The notes: generated by a model not told the origin, from the letters alone. 41,501 nt of DNA from Octopus bimaculoides (GCF_001194135.2 NC_068981.1:15655094-15696594); one strand, 5' to 3'; counted from the stretch's first letter, positions 1-14,184 are shown. A program made the numbers and translations.

Positions 1-44
1 CTATGAAAAAGTGGGGCGCCGGGAAAAAAGGTTGGGAAACACTG
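1..44. mobile_element. Right end of a hAT (Charlie-like) DNA transposon/MITE, truncated by the window edge
   Basis: 29-44 AGGTTGGGAAACACTG is the reverse complement of a typical hAT terminus CAGTGTTTCCCAACCT. It is followed by CTCTAACT (45-52), which resembles the nTCTAGAn target preference of Charlie-type hATs. The other end lies outside the window. Confidence 0.55.
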
Positions 45-249
45 CTCTAACTGTTTTGGGATTTTCTGGTGTGCCTACATTCTGAAAACGCAAGACCATT
101 TGATTTACGAAATACGTTCTGTCGTGATGCTCTTATGCAATATGGAATTAATTGCACTTGCCTATATATATATGTGTGCGTGTGTGTGTGTATGTTTTTG
201 TGCGTGCGTACACATTTGTATATATATATATATATGTCTCTAGTAGAAG

Positions 250-530
250 GTAAATCTGATATAAAATCAGACATGTTAGGATTGCCATTGATGAATTTAG
301 GGATCTTTACTTGCTCTTGAGATCATGGCGCTCCCACATTCTGGAGCGTACGATCCTCCTTTGACAATGGATATCTTCCCGTTTGTTGCCTGTGGATCAT
401 GTTTGTAGGGTGGAGAAGACGTAGGAGGCGCTGCGTTAGCCTTATAGGACTTAAATTATTAGGCTGTGCAATCATTGGCGATTTTCCGATACCCTGTCCA
501 GTAGCTGGGAGCTGCGGCAATAACTCCATG
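250..530 (-). pseudogene. Possible decayed Tc1-like transposase N-terminal (HTH) fragment
   Basis: The region is locally GC-richer. Joining minus-strand frames gives ELLPQLPATGQG/YRKIAN and ECGSAMISRASKDP, resembling the Tc1 motifs xxHxxGxGYRKIAK and RxIxRxSxxDP. This needs frameshifts, and no TIR was seen. Confidence 0.3.
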
Positions 531-3500
531 TGTATTGTTAGTATTTTGCATTGACAATTATCAGTGATGATCTGTCTCGGTCGCGAGTGGACAGCCATCA
601 TAATCATGTATGCATATATGTATGCTTGCATAAACTTTTAGGACCAATTTAATAATTTTTTTCTGATAATGTATTGGTAAACTAAAAGATCATTGGTTAT
701 TTTTGCTGAGCGGTAGGAGAGAAGTAGGAAAAGAAATTATTGCCAATCGAATTTTCTAATACACAGCTATTCTTGCTTATACAAATAATATGTAAAATGT
801 TATTACAATTGTTATCTAGTGAAGATGATACCTGAAAAGAAAAATGTTTGCTACATAATTACGGCATCAATACCAATGCTACAATGAGGTGTAGACAGCA
901 ATACATTATTTCGATGATGCTTCTATAGTCTTCATAGGACATTCAAGCGCCAGATGCTTCTCATTTGGAACTTGAACACGCTATTTTGAACTATATTATG
1001 TTGCACATACTTAAATCTTCATTACATATGTGGTGTATGTGCGAGTATGTGTGTGTATATGTGTGTATGTGTATATGTGTGTGTGTGCACGTGTGTTCAC
1101 GTGTGTGTCTGTGGTGTGTTTGTATGCAGTTCCTGTAAGATGTTCATATATACTAAACGAATCGATGTCATATACATTCAAGCTCTCAACACATTTTTCT
1201 AATTTCTTTTTTCAGCACACATTTACCAGATAAACTCGACGTAGAGTTTCCTATCTAGATTAAGACTTTACTAATGAGTTGTTCTGCCTGCTATCTATAG
1301 TTAATTGAATTATTTCTAAAGTTGCGTAATATGTTACTTGATTTATAAATATAATTGGGAAGATAGGAAAATCGAGTACAAGTCATGTGTGCTGTATTTC
1401 GGTGTAGATAGTAATAAAGATCTTTAAAAAAACGTAGGAAAACATCTGATAAATGGAGCATAAGAAATAGTAAAGAGCAGGATACTTTTTTCTTACAGCG
1501 TGATATAGATTGCTCCAATTAATTCATTGATTTTTATTAACGGAACAATTGATTTGCATTTAGCGATATTTTTTTATGAGTTCACGGGGGATATATCAAT
1601 ATTATTGGTAATAATCTCAATATAATTTAATGTCGCCAGTTAGAGAAGCCGTAGCGTTATAGGTCTTTAGAAGTGTGTAGATCACAGGAAATGCATTAGT
1701 TGATAAAAATTGCGTCTAATGTAAAGAGTACGGTAGCATAATGATAAGTTTATGGGTGAAAATGATCGTTACTATTACACGGATTTATCAATCTTAAATT
1801 TATGCAGCTAGAATGACTGGAGGAAATTACCAAGAGACATTTGTTTCAACGAATGTTAGAGTGTCTGCTAACAAACTTCATGCAAGAATCAAAAAGAAAG
1901 AAGTCTGATAATGATTAAAATGACTCTTTTATGGAGGGAAAACAACATTACGTAAATTAATAATTTTCGGCAGGAAAGGTAGGGAGAAGACGCTGAAGGT
2001 TTTAACAATTGAAACTAAATAAACATAGAAAGAAAGTTTGCAGTATGTAAAGAGTCTTGTTTTGCAAATACATTTCAAGACTTGTTTTTATTAGACAGAT
2101 GCAATGAATCATACTTTCTTGATCAGTACTTTCCAGTCGTCAGAAGGATGTGATATAATTATTTTGATTGAATACAAATTGGTGAGAGTGAAAACGTAAA
2201 ATAATGAGTCCTGTTAATCTACTCGGGGTTGCCTTTATCATAGACGTATCTGACCACTAATTGTATGACTGCTTTCAGTATTTTTATTATACTTTGGTCA
2301 TTGAAATATCGCCTTTGCCTCCTTGAATTTTGTGCACACGATTATACATTATGTTTAATGCTTAATAAATATTGATATTTCTACTGCCTTACGGGAGCAG
2401 TTTCAATAAATAAAATAGTGTATTTTGGGCTCATTTTATTAAATATGCTTATTCTTATTTTACAATAACACAGTAGAGTTTTGTGGTAGATTTCAAAATT
2501 GGATAAATTCAAATCATTAATAAAAGTTTGACAATAAAAACAGGTAGGATTTAGTTGGCTTCGTTATTTCAAAATAAAAATTGAGTACCGTGGGTTACTG
2601 ATTCTGTAATTTAGCAAGTAGGTTGAGATGTACGATAAGGCTGTAATCCTATTAATCATCTTCAAAGCAAAAATCTCACTAGTTCTGGCCTGACGAAATT
2701 AAAAAGAAAAACCAGACGAAACTAAAAAAAAAAAAAAAACAATTGTTCCTCTTTCTAAGGTTATTTACTTAAGCATTCTATACGCAAACAGTCAGTACTT
2801 TAAACGCATCCTCATATTAGTAGCACCTACACAACATCCCAAAAAGATATAAATAAATACTATTTCACGAGTTAGGTATGTTAAATGAGATTTGTGTTAA
2901 AGATTGTTCCAAGATAATTTCAAGAAAACATTTTCTTTTGGAATTGTTTTTGACTTCTAGATTAAGATACAGTTACCAGAATATCCATTTATCGACTAAA
3001 TTACATGGCGGCGTCGTATTTATTTGTTCACTAATAAATGTCATGCAGATAAATATAGTTGTATAATTGAAATGAAATGGTGAAACATGCTAATACTTAA
3101 ACTTCATTCAGATTTGTTTAATCTCTCCCATTTTATGGCATTATTTAAAGTTGGGTCATTGAATTACTCCTCTGAGGCTAAATACTCTGTCGTTAAAACA
3201 TTCTGGCAATGTTTCAACTTGTGAAATGTACTTGATCTACTTTCAATATCATGACGTATTTTGGCATCCATTCAAAAACAATGAATATGTACCAGAAAAG
3301 CACAGACGGATTGTAAAATGTTAACTCGATTAGAATATCAGTAGTATTTGTCTGAGATGATATCGTCAGGGAATATAACAAAATTAAATAACTCAATATA
3401 TTCTGTATAACTTATTTTTATTGTTACCTTCTTTAAAATTGCCTACATATAACTTCTTGAACAAATATTGCTACAATTCGTTCGATTATATGTTCTGTTA

Positions 3501-3868
3501 TCTTTTTTCAACTTAAGTAGTTGTGTAACGTATTAAATTGTAACTACAAAAAGGAAATAAAAGAAATGACACACAAACTTTTTCACATGTACACAAATAG
3601 ATGGATACATACACAAACATATTCACACATCTATATATGTTTATGTCCATATGAATACATATATGTATGTGTGCGTGTGTTTGAGCGTCTGTGCATCTTT
3701 GCGTTTCTGTGTGTATATGTCTATATGCAGGAATACTAGAAATATACACCATGAAATGACTTTGAAAACGTATGTAGAGTTTTAAATAAGATTTACATAA
3801 ATCTTCTAAAGAACACCAGGTGCATTCTAAATTTCTTTTCTTTCTTTTTCTTTACACAAACACCCTCC

Positions 3869-3920
<52 letters not shown>

Positions 3921-4007
3921 TATATATGTATATATACATACATATATATAATTGTTAAACAGGACGTCAATCATTAAGGCAAGGCAAACATCTCAAGTCA
4001 TATACAA

Positions 4008-4066
4008 TATCATTACAGCTGTTTCTGGGATATCCTCGAGTACGGGATATTCCGTCATCAGAGACA
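4008..4066 (-). ncRNA. Minimal type I hammerhead ribozyme motif, slightly decayed
   Basis: Minus strand reads TGTCT-CTGATGA-CGGAATATCC(cgtactcga)GGATATCCCA-GAAAC(agct)GTA-A(t)GATA. Core CUGAUGA at 4061-4055, stem II 8/10 paired, GAAA at 4025-4022, palindromic stem III ACAGCTGT, GUA cleavage triplet (predicted cut 4014/4013), and stem I of 5 bp with one bulge. Confidence 0.7.
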
Positions 4067-4807
4067 AATTAGGGGAAAAAATATGGAACATGAGAATGGT
4101 ATATATCAATAAGATGACAACATAGAGGAAAGGAGTAAAAAAATTAGGAGATGGAAAGAGAAAAGAAAAAAGAGGCATCAAAGTTCACAGTTCAACTTTC
4201 TGAAGTTATAGAAACCTAATCGTTTAGATCACCTGTGAACTAAACCTCCATACTTTGTATATAANNNNNNNNNNNNNNNNNNNNNNNNNNNNNNNNNNNN
4301 NNNNNNNNNNNNNNNNNNNNNNNNNNNNNNNNNNNNNNNNNNNNNNNNNNNNNNNNNATATATATATATATATATATACATATATATAAGGATTTAGTTT
4401 TCGTAATGAAATAAAAAAAAACCAAGGTTGTGTACATTATAGAACATTTATGAATAGAAGGTCTTACATCTGTTTACAGCATATTTATTATATCGCTTCA
4501 TCTATATACATGGTAGGAGAGAGGCGAAATGCTGGAGGGACTATATGTGTGTGCGTGTGTCTATGGGTGTGTGTATTTACATGCACATACACATGCATAT
4601 TCATATACACACACATATATATAGATTTTTTTAATCTCATTACGAAAAATAAATCCTTATATTCACACGCTGATATATTACATAAGTTGGACCCCTTATT
4701 CGCATAATCACCGAACCTGGAGCTTAACTATGGTCTATCCGTAGCACTTACGCAGCATTACCTAAAACCTCTGGGTCTAATTGACACCACTATCGCCCAT
4801 AACTTCC

Positions 4808-4846
<39 letters not shown>

Positions 4847-5017
4847 AGGTGTATATTAAAGTGCGATCCGTAATCAAAAAATCGTTCTCAGTAGTGGGTT
4901 CCACATTCTACTCCAGTGTCTAGTGTAGTACGACGTAGAGTATCAACCGAGGTATAGGCTAGTATAGCGAATACGAACCAATTAAAAGAAAAATAATAAC
5001 AGGTGTTTCATCTAAAT

Positions 5018-5035
5018 CAGTGTTTCCAAACGTTT
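5018..5035 (+). mobile_element. hAT-like left terminal inverted repeat (MITE relic)
   Basis: CAGTGTTTCCAAACGTTT is preceded by ATCTAAAT (5010-5017, nTCTAnAn-like). Only a very degenerate candidate partner end exists near 5112-5129. Confidence 0.35.
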
Positions 5036-7295
5036 TTTTTTTAGAAACAAGACGTAAGTGAACCACTCAGTAATTTAGTTTTGTCTTATACTCCGCATCA
5101 TTTATTTGTCTAAACGCTTGGTAACGTACAAAACAATCTGCTTAGCTTCTCTTTTCTTCCTAGCTTTTTGTTTTACACTTATACATGTTCTAAGCAAAGT
5201 TCAAACCCTTGAAATCGCATGCATGTATGCTTGGAACAGCTATCAAAAGACGAAAACATATCGTTTGTTTTTCCCAATGACCTTTATTCCATGTATTATT
5301 TGAAAAACATCTGCAGGAAGCTTTATAGGATCTTTACTGATTTATTCATAAAGAGGAATATTATGTTAAATTTATCAGATGCTAATCGCCCTTCAATTCT
5401 GAGCAACTCGATTTAAAGAAAACTTTTAACACATGATAAAATATTTTTACTTATGACTGCCTGTAAAAGAAACAGAAAAGATATCATACTTACGCACACT
5501 CTTCTCAATATGTTGCTATCTTATGAATCTAAATTATTCGGCAGAGGGAATACATTCATTATACAAGCTCTTGCTAATTTTATGACATGTATGGAGAGTT
5601 TAATCTCATTTCAATACGAACATATCAATTTAAATTCAAATAAATGTGGAGTGATGTATTTGTTCGGTTGGAAAAACAGAACTTCCTGAATTATAAATAT
5701 TTTCAAGTAAGCAAATGAATGAGACGCGCGTGTAAATAAGCATTGGTTTGTATTTGAGAGTAATTAATTGCTTGGCAAGTAGTTTTAGTTTTCATGACGA
5801 AATATTGTGAAATATTTAACAAGTAACACATAACACTGCATTCACTTATGTTTTCTTTCCAAAGTAGTATCCTCCGTCGAAGATTTTTCACCTTTTATCG
5901 TATTCGGTACTGTTAAGTAATATAAGGAATGTGAATCTAATGTTAAATGGTCTAATTGATGATTATCATTATTCCTCCATAATTTTATTGTTCCTGCTTT
6001 ATTGTCACTTCATAATTTTTTTTTTTTTTTAGTGCTTAAACCATCCATACCAAAATCGGCTCTGGACTCTTACACCTATTCTGAAATGCTATTCTAAACA
6101 TGAAAAAACATCGTCGAAATCACGATGCTACGAGATAATACCTGGATAATTTTTTTTTTATGTTTTACATTTGACAGCGTAATCTGAATGTAAAAGTGTT
6201 AGTAAACGTTCTAGATGTTATCAATGGTAAATAAATTTTAACCTAGTTCCTTCTCAACGGGTTCATTTCCATAATGATGTTTCTATTCACTATTATGCTT
6301 CACACCATAAAATAAGTTCTAATCTCGATATCAAAGTCTTGAATGTCGATACTATGTATAAACGATAAATAAAATATGCGTGTCTACTGGGAGTCTACAA
6401 AGAAACAAACACATGCATATTTACTGCAACAAATATAAAATAAAAAATCTTGTATAATTATTATGACTAATTGCTTCACGAATAAACAGATGAGTCTGAG
6501 AAATTTCTCATATTTTTCACTGCAAGTACAACTAATATTCAATTATATTTCAAAGTGGTATTTCATTTCTATTTCTTTTTAACATTTAGTTTTCCTTTGA
6601 AAATTGAATTATCATGGGATATATCACATTAGTAAATATTGGAGATGTGATTAAAAACTGGAATCGTTTTTGGCATTTATTCAACTATTTTGAATCAAGA
6701 GATTAGAATTTATATTGCACTGTCTGCATAAAATTATACATCAATATTCCTCAATTGTTTAATTAATTACAGTTTATGTTGCTACATTTGAAACTGTTCT
6801 TATTTTAATGTAATAACGAATAAGAAACATAAATATCTGAATGATTTCCTTGTCTTTTTTTCACACAATCCTCATTTTTAATAGCTTTATATGATGTGAC
6901 ATTCTCTTGTATATTTTCATATCTCTACAGATGACTTACTTCGCTGTCAGAATTTCAGATTTGAAACATAAATAACTTAGCAACTGACAGTAAATACTAA
7001 ACAGCTAAAACAATGCGATAGAAACTCAATGTGTTTCACTTGATATGGTATTTCAGAATATTTAATCAGGCACGGATTATTAAATTCACACATTGTTTTC
7101 TTTTGGCTGGACATATACAGAAATTAAATTATCATTTCAACCGTCACGGCGTAATGACCTTTAGAAGAAATGAGGATATCACAAAATTGAAGGAGAACAT
7201 ATCTTAATTTTCATCTTTATTTGTTCTCTCAATAATATTTGTATGCATGAACATATTTATATATTCTTTTGTTTTTCTTTCTCACTCTCTTTTTG

Positions 7296-7345
7296 TATGT
7301 ATGTATGTATGTATGTATGTATGTATCGATGTAAGTATGTATGTC
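7296..7345. repeat. (TATG)n microsatellite
   Basis: Seen directly in the sequence. Confidence 0.9.
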
Positions 7346-8286
7346 TATTTGTGTTTGTTTTCACCTCTATCTCTTTCTCACCCTCTTTCACATTTTGTAC
7401 TCTCTCACTCTCTTTGTTTTTCTCTTTCTCGCTTTTGTTATTATTATACCAGCGTACTTGTTTCTAATCACTTTTGCATATTACAAATTAATGGCTACAT
7501 TGTTTATATTTAAAACATATTCACGTTCCCGGTTAACTTATATAAATATATAACAATAATCAGAACAAAACAATTGAGACAGCCTGCCAGGACAGAAACC
7601 CAAATATAGGTCTTCTTAATTAGTCATGCGTGACTGAAGTTATTGTCCGTGAGACTGGCATCACGGCCAACATATCAAGCATTCATGCACGAAATCTATT
7701 TCGGTAGTTTGTGAGTTAAATTTAACCAAAATAGTTAAACCTGATCTGCTATGCCAGAATAGGAACGCAACAAAACTGCATAACTAGTTTTGGGAAGGCA
7801 ATATTGCAATCTGATTAAATAAGAGAAATTACGATAAGTAATTTTGTTTAAAGGTCATTACACCATGATGTTTGAGATGATAATAATTTCATTTCTCTAA
7901 GTGTTCAACCAAAAGTAAACTATCTGTGAATTTAATAACCCATGAGTCATTAAATCCGAAATGTCATAACAAATAAATTTCATTGAGTTTCTATCTATTG
8001 TTGATGAATTTCAGTATTTGCGCAACGTTTCTATGATATTTATCTTTTAAATCTCACATTTTGACGGTGAAGTTACTCAACTGTGGAGATATGAAAATAA
8101 ATGAGAAAATGTCACGTTATAAAAAAGTAAATATTACAAATGATGAGGATGATGTGAGAAAACAGAAGGAATTCATTTAAATATTTACGCCTCTTATTTG
8201 TTGCTACATGTTCCTGTAGTATACATATACATACAAGCTTACGGACATATACACACGTAAATGTTATAGATGTGTGTATATATATA

Positions 8287-9150
8287 CAGGGTACGATGTG
8301 TAAATTGTCACCATTTTATATTTTTAATTTCGCGCATGCGCATTGTCTGATTTAAATTGTGTCGACTACACAGTGTAATAGGGTGAGCTGGGCACCGTCT
8401 CCGAGAAACAGAGCACCATGACGCAATTCAGTCTGCCAGAAATTTGCAAATGACATGCCGTACAGTTTGGCATTCACACTGGGTGCTCCAATACGAACGT
8501 TTCAGAGTGTGTGCGGGAGTGAATCTGAGGACATGTACTGAGAGCGATAAAGATCAAGCACCCAGACGACATCATGGCGTTTGGAGTGGTTACTTGTGAT
8601 AGTGACGTTATGCCTCCAATTATCTTCCCACACGACCTCAGACACAACTACCTGGAGGAGGAAGTGCTGCCCTGGGTCAAAGGGGTGGCTACTGGAAGAC
8701 CCTATCTCTGGCAAAAAGACTCTGCACCACGCCACACCAGCAAGAGAAACCAGTCATGGCTATCAGACAATTTCTGTGACCACATCACTCCTAAAATCTG
8801 GCCAAACAACTCCTCAGATTGCAATATACTTCATTATTATATGTGAGGCGCAGTTGAGCGAGAGACCAACAAATCTCCTTGTAACAACAAAAATGAACTG
8901 AACTGAAGGCAAGAATTATAGCAGTATTCACCAACATAAATATTACCGTCCAGAAAAGTTACAGGAGATTCCGAAGTAGTCTGGAAGCAGTGGGTGAAGC
9001 CGAATGCGATTTTATCGAATAAATTAACTCATGATTATTTCAAGATTTTTTTTATATATATAATTTTGGTAAATATATCTATTAAAATAGAATGTCAGTG
9101 TTAGTTTCATTTTTGCGTAAGTTAGACGACATGCAATTCACCGCAGCCTG
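8287..9150 (+). mobile_element. Internally deleted Tc1/mariner element of the maT (DD37D) group
   Basis: TA dinucleotides flank both ends (8285-8286, 9151-9152). Imperfect TIRs are CAGGGTACGATG... and ...CACCGCAGCCTG, with transposase remnants inside. Confidence 0.9.
8418..9022 (+). pseudogene. maT/DD37D transposase pseudogene (N-terminus fused to C-terminal catalytic region)
   Basis: ATG at 8418 (MTQFSLPEICK*), then a jump near 8545 to KHPDDIMAFGVVTCDSDVMPP...WQKDSAPRHTS...WPNNSSDCNILHYY...EAECDFIE* (TAA 9020-9022). There are 37 residues between the second D and the third catalytic position, which is now H. Stops and frameshifts are present. Confidence 0.9.
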
Positions 9151-9164
9151 TATATGTATGTACG

Positions 9165-9222
<58 letters not shown>

Positions 9223-12200
9223 NNNNNNNNNNNNNNNNNNNNNNNNNNNNNNNNNNNNNNNNNNNNNNNNNNNNNNNNNNNNNNNNNNNNNNNNNNNNNN
9301 NNNNNNNNNNNNNNNNNNNNNNNNNNNNNNNNNNNNNNNNNNNNNNNNNNNNNNNNNNNNNNNNNNNNNNNNNNNNNNNNNNNNNNNNNNNNNNNNNNNN
9401 NNNNNNNNNNNNNNNNNNNNNNNNNNNNNNNNNNNNNNNNNNNNNNNNNNNNNNNNNNNNNNNNNNNNNNNNNNNNNNNNNNNNNNNNNNNNNNNNNNNN
9501 NNNNNNNNNNNNNNNNNNNNNNNNNNNNNNNNNNNNNNNNNNNNNNNNNNNNNNNNNNNNNNNNNNNNNNNNNNNNNNNNNNNNNNNNNNNNNNNNNNNN
9601 NNNNNNNNNNNNNNNNNNNNNNNNNNNNNNNNNNNNNNNNNNNNNNNNNNNNNNNNNNNNNNNNNNNNNNNNNNNNNNNNNNNNNNNNNNNNNNNNNNNN
9701 NNNNNNNNNNNNNNNNNNNNNNNNNNNNNNNNNNNNNNNNNNNNNNNNNNNNNNNNNNNNNNNNNNNNNNNNNNNNNNNNNNNNNNNNNNNNNNNNNNNN
9801 NNNNNNNNNNNNNNNNNNNNNNNNNNNNNNNNNNNNNNNNNNNNNNNNNNNNNNNNNNNNNNNNNNNNNNNNNNNNNNNNNNNNNNNNNNNNNNNNNNNN
9901 NNNNNNNNNNNNNNNNNNNNNNNNNNNNNNNNNNNNNNNNNNNNNNNNNNNNNNNNNNNNNNNNNNNNNNNNNNNNNNNNNNNNNNNNNNNNNNNNNNNN
10001 NNNNNNNNNNNNNNNNNNNNNNNNNNNNNNNNNNNNNNNNNNNNNNNNNNNNNNNNNNNNNNTATATATATATATATATATGTACACATATAAAGGCAAT
10101 GAGAGGGAGAAAGAGCAGCTAAAGCCGAACTCCAACGTGTTGAATGGTCGATGAAGAAGTATGTTTGTTTCCCTATCTTTCATTTTTCAATATACTGAAT
10201 ACCATGGGTTATGAATCGATGTCGATAGATGAATGTATATCTATTTTATAATATTTATAGTAAATAAAACTGAAGATCGGAAAATGTGCTTCTAAATTAA
10301 GTTGGATGTTTTGTTATAGCAACTTGTTACAAAATAATACAAATTATGTTTATATTTATATCACAGTACTTTTGATGAAATTTTGTATCGACGTAGGAAC
10401 AATTTAATAATGAAGAGGTGTCTATATATCATTATATATGTCTATATGTCTATATAATTACTATTTTATTACACCCACAAGAAAATTTAAATAACTGAAT
10501 TTGAAATCGTGGATCGATAATTGCATATACCTATATCTCTTTTAACAAATTCAGGTCTTTAAATTGCAACAACTTCATAGGAATTTAATCGCCTAAACAA
10601 GATCACAACTGATTTTATTCTCACAATTGTTTTGGTACGGCTTGGCATCAAGATTTTTCTGTTTCTACGGTGTACATTCGCCAATATTTCTCTCTGATTT
10701 TATATACAGTAACTAAGTCAAATGTGAATATTATTATAATAAATATAATATTTAACAGGAATGATGCATCTTGAATTATTTGTATAAATGCGTTTAAAGA
10801 GGCACTGTATTTCTTTTCATTAAATGAAAACCTAAATATATTTCGCGTTTTGGAGGGTTATTTTCTCGTAATATGGAGGCATTATTTTTCAATTACATTG
10901 CCTTCAAAGGAATATCACTTTCATTGACATTTCTCGGTCTTCATTAAACAATAAACGGTTTAAAGCAAGAAGGCGTACGAGAACGTTCATACATATAAAT
11001 AGAATTTAATTCAGCTTTCCTATGAAGAGGAGACGTATTCCGAAACAATGTTTCACAGAATTCACTGAGGAAAAGCGAACAAGCTATGTGTGAATGGCTG
11101 CTTGGTGTGACGAAACTAATTAATTTCTATACAATGTCTTCATTTAAATTCTTATTTTTAAATTTCTGTATACATCTGGATAAAATTGTGTGACGATTTC
11201 TGATATGATTGTAAATCGTTATTTTAAGCTACATGTACCAAGATATATTTGATTTTGACATTCAATCTAATGTAAGAATGAGATTTATTAGTTATCAGAT
11301 CTATACAGTAATATTCGTTCCGATATTAAAGTTTGTCAGACACTGAAAGTTTAGTATAGATCAAATCATATAGTCATTCTGAAGCTCCTCTGAAGATCAC
11401 TGGACATACTTGAAAACTGTTTAAGATATAAAATCTCACAATCATTATTATTATTATTGTTGTTATTATTATTCAGCTGAATAGTTTGGTGCAGACAAAG
11501 ACGGAAATAAAAACTAGGTGGATTTCTCTAAAATCTACAAGCTATTTATTAAATAAAGTGCAGTGATATGTAGAAGTAATCACGTGGGAAATTTCTTTGC
11601 ATAATTCACTGCATCTGTCAGGAGAGATAAGACAATGTGCGGATAATAATTGTGTGTGATAAATTATGTAAAAGTATAATATTCATTCTTCTTTCGTTAT
11701 ATAAACGCATAACGATTAAATTTCAAATATTTTATTCCGTAAACGAATCATAATTGTGGCTTTTGAATTACACTGTTAATGATGTACTTCGTCAGATTGC
11801 ATGTAATCATTTTTTTATTGAATTAATTAGTGTAAGTGTACGCTAGCAGTAAAATTAATTTGTTTGTCCTTAAATGTGTTCTGTTAGATTTATTGCTAAA
11901 GTTTCCGGCCTATCATTATTTGGAAATGGCTGCTATTTTCGCCTGTTAATTGTTGATAATAGACTGCGATCGCACTTTCTGAATGAAATAAAACAGTTTC
12001 GAACTCTTTTCCGTCTCAGACACATTGTATTATTTCTAGTTATACACATACGCGATTACTTGCTCTTAATACAAAAAACAAAACAGCATTTTAGTGATAT
12101 ATGAGAATTGTGTAATATTGTGATTCTCCTTTCAAATATATGAAAGTGATAACTTTATTTAAAATGAAAGTATGAGTCATTATTTCAGTTTTGCGATATG

Positions 12201-12917
12201 AAGAATTATCGATTTTATTTAATGTCTTCTGTTTATATATACAAACATAATGTATTAATTCTAGTATTGTGGGTCTCTTAATATCTTCTCATTTGTATCA
12301 GAATTAAGAGACAGAAGAATACAGCGATGATGTATACTTGTAGCTAAACCGGTACATTCAAAATGATAGCTGGTGAAAAGACTCAATAACATAATTCCCT
12401 TTATTCTAAAACATAATACAATGAGCATACATATATAGACAGGTCTACAAATGTTCAGAGAAACGGAGAATTGTTCACCACTCCTTAACATAGCAGGTTA
12501 CATCGCTTTATGGATGCATCTTTCCTCTGTCATCCTCTGTTAGAAACAAATGAGATGTTATAAAAGAGTGTTGCAACTAACTCTACTTGACACAATAACA
12601 TCATCCATACATTCTCAAATGAGAAATGTCTTTTCTCTAACTGCAACATTACCATGTAATATGCAATCTCTACCACAAAAGCAAAGCAATCGGGCTAATT
12701 GAAAATGAAAGTAGAAATTTGCACAATACAGATTGTAGAGCACAATACAGACCACTGGCGATAGAAACAAGTGTACTTATATACATCAAATGCCCATATG
12801 CGATGATGTCTCCTAGTAACTATCGCAGCATTTTGTGTTCTGAAGCAACATCTACATTTTAAGTGGTGATAAATATTACCTTTGGTATTAATAACAATAA
12901 CATATGTATGTGTGTGT

Positions 12918-13130
12918 AAGGCGGCGAGCTGGCAGTAACGTTACAATTCCGGGCGAAAAGATTAGCGGTGTTTCGTCTGTCTTTATGTTCTGAGTTTAAA
13001 TTCAACCGAGGTCGACATAGCCTTTCACTCTTCGGGGTCGATAAATTAAGTACGAGTTGCGTTTTGGGTTCGATCTGATCGACTGGCCCCCTCTGCAGAA
13101 AGTTCGGGCCTTGTACCTAGAATAGAAAAA
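12918..13130 (+). mobile_element. tRNA-derived SINE (abundant octopus-type family), full length with 16-bp TSD
   Basis: Head GGCGGCGAGCTGGCAG, B-box-like GAGTTTAAATTC, and body GTCGAC...TTTCA...GGGGTCGATAAATTAAGTAC shared with other copies here. The exact direct repeat ATATGTATGTGTGTGT sits at 12902-12917 and 13131-13146. Confidence 0.9.
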
Positions 13131-13133
13131 ATA

Positions 13134-13164
<31 letters not shown>

Positions 13165-13466
13165 CAGTGTGTGTGTGTTTGGGTGTTAGTGACAATTAAA
13201 TACATTCTCACTAGTTTACTGATATAAACAAGATTTGTTAGGGTATTCATATATTTTGAAAGATATATGCCTGATGTGTGCGTGCGTGTTCTTGTGGGTG
13301 TGTTTGTGTGTCTCTATATAATCCGGTATTTAAATATATTACGACTTTAATAAAATATTTCAAATCTCGATAAGATGCTAATGTATTTTCAATATACACA
13401 CACATATGCACACACACACACACATACATATATATAAAGAGAGTGAGAGACGTACATACACACACA

Positions 13467-13504
<38 letters not shown>

Positions 13505-14139
13505 NNNNNNNNNNNNNNNNNNNNNNNNNNNNNNNNNNNNNNNNNNNNNNNNNNNNNNNNNNNNNNNNNNNNNNNNNNNNNNNNNNNNNNNNNNNNNNNN
13601 NNNNNNNNNNNNNNNNNNNNNNNNNNNNNNNGAAATATAACTAATAAATTATTTATATGTGGAATTATTGCGTAGGTCAACCTTTCTGAAATTATCTTTT
13701 GTTGGCGTTAAAGAAAAGAATTGGAAGAATTATTGTCCTGGTTGTTAAATGCAAATATATTTTTTTTCTTCTCTTGCCGGATTCACTAATAGCTATTTGA
13801 AAGTAAATTTATCGTATAATTATGCAGAAAAATATTTGCTTCGTAATTATTTTCATAACCTCGTAGGTCTTTTTTTGAAAAATTATTATTATCGTTGTTG
13901 TTTTTCTCGTCTTATTGTTGTAGTAGTCGTAGCAGTAGTAGCAGTAGTAGTAGCAATATAATGATTGTTGTTATTATCGGTATTAGAATATGTTTGATTT
14001 CGTTTTATGTTAAATTCGAGTCAGTATTGTTTTCCGACATTATAATAATTTTGAAAGAGATTTATTTCAGAAGACTTTTGAATTAAAAAGTTATAAATAT
14101 ATATGAAATAATAAATACATATATATATATATGTGTGTG

Positions 14140-14184
<45 letters not shown>

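Noticed and set aside
9082-10183. Long X-containing ORFs, also at 17954-18955 and the other gaps
   Set aside because: They are artefacts of reading through N-gaps.
11022-11052. ATGAAGA-GGAG(acgta)TTCC-GAAAC(aat)GTT hammerhead-like motif
   Set aside because: The essential C3 is A and stem I cannot form.
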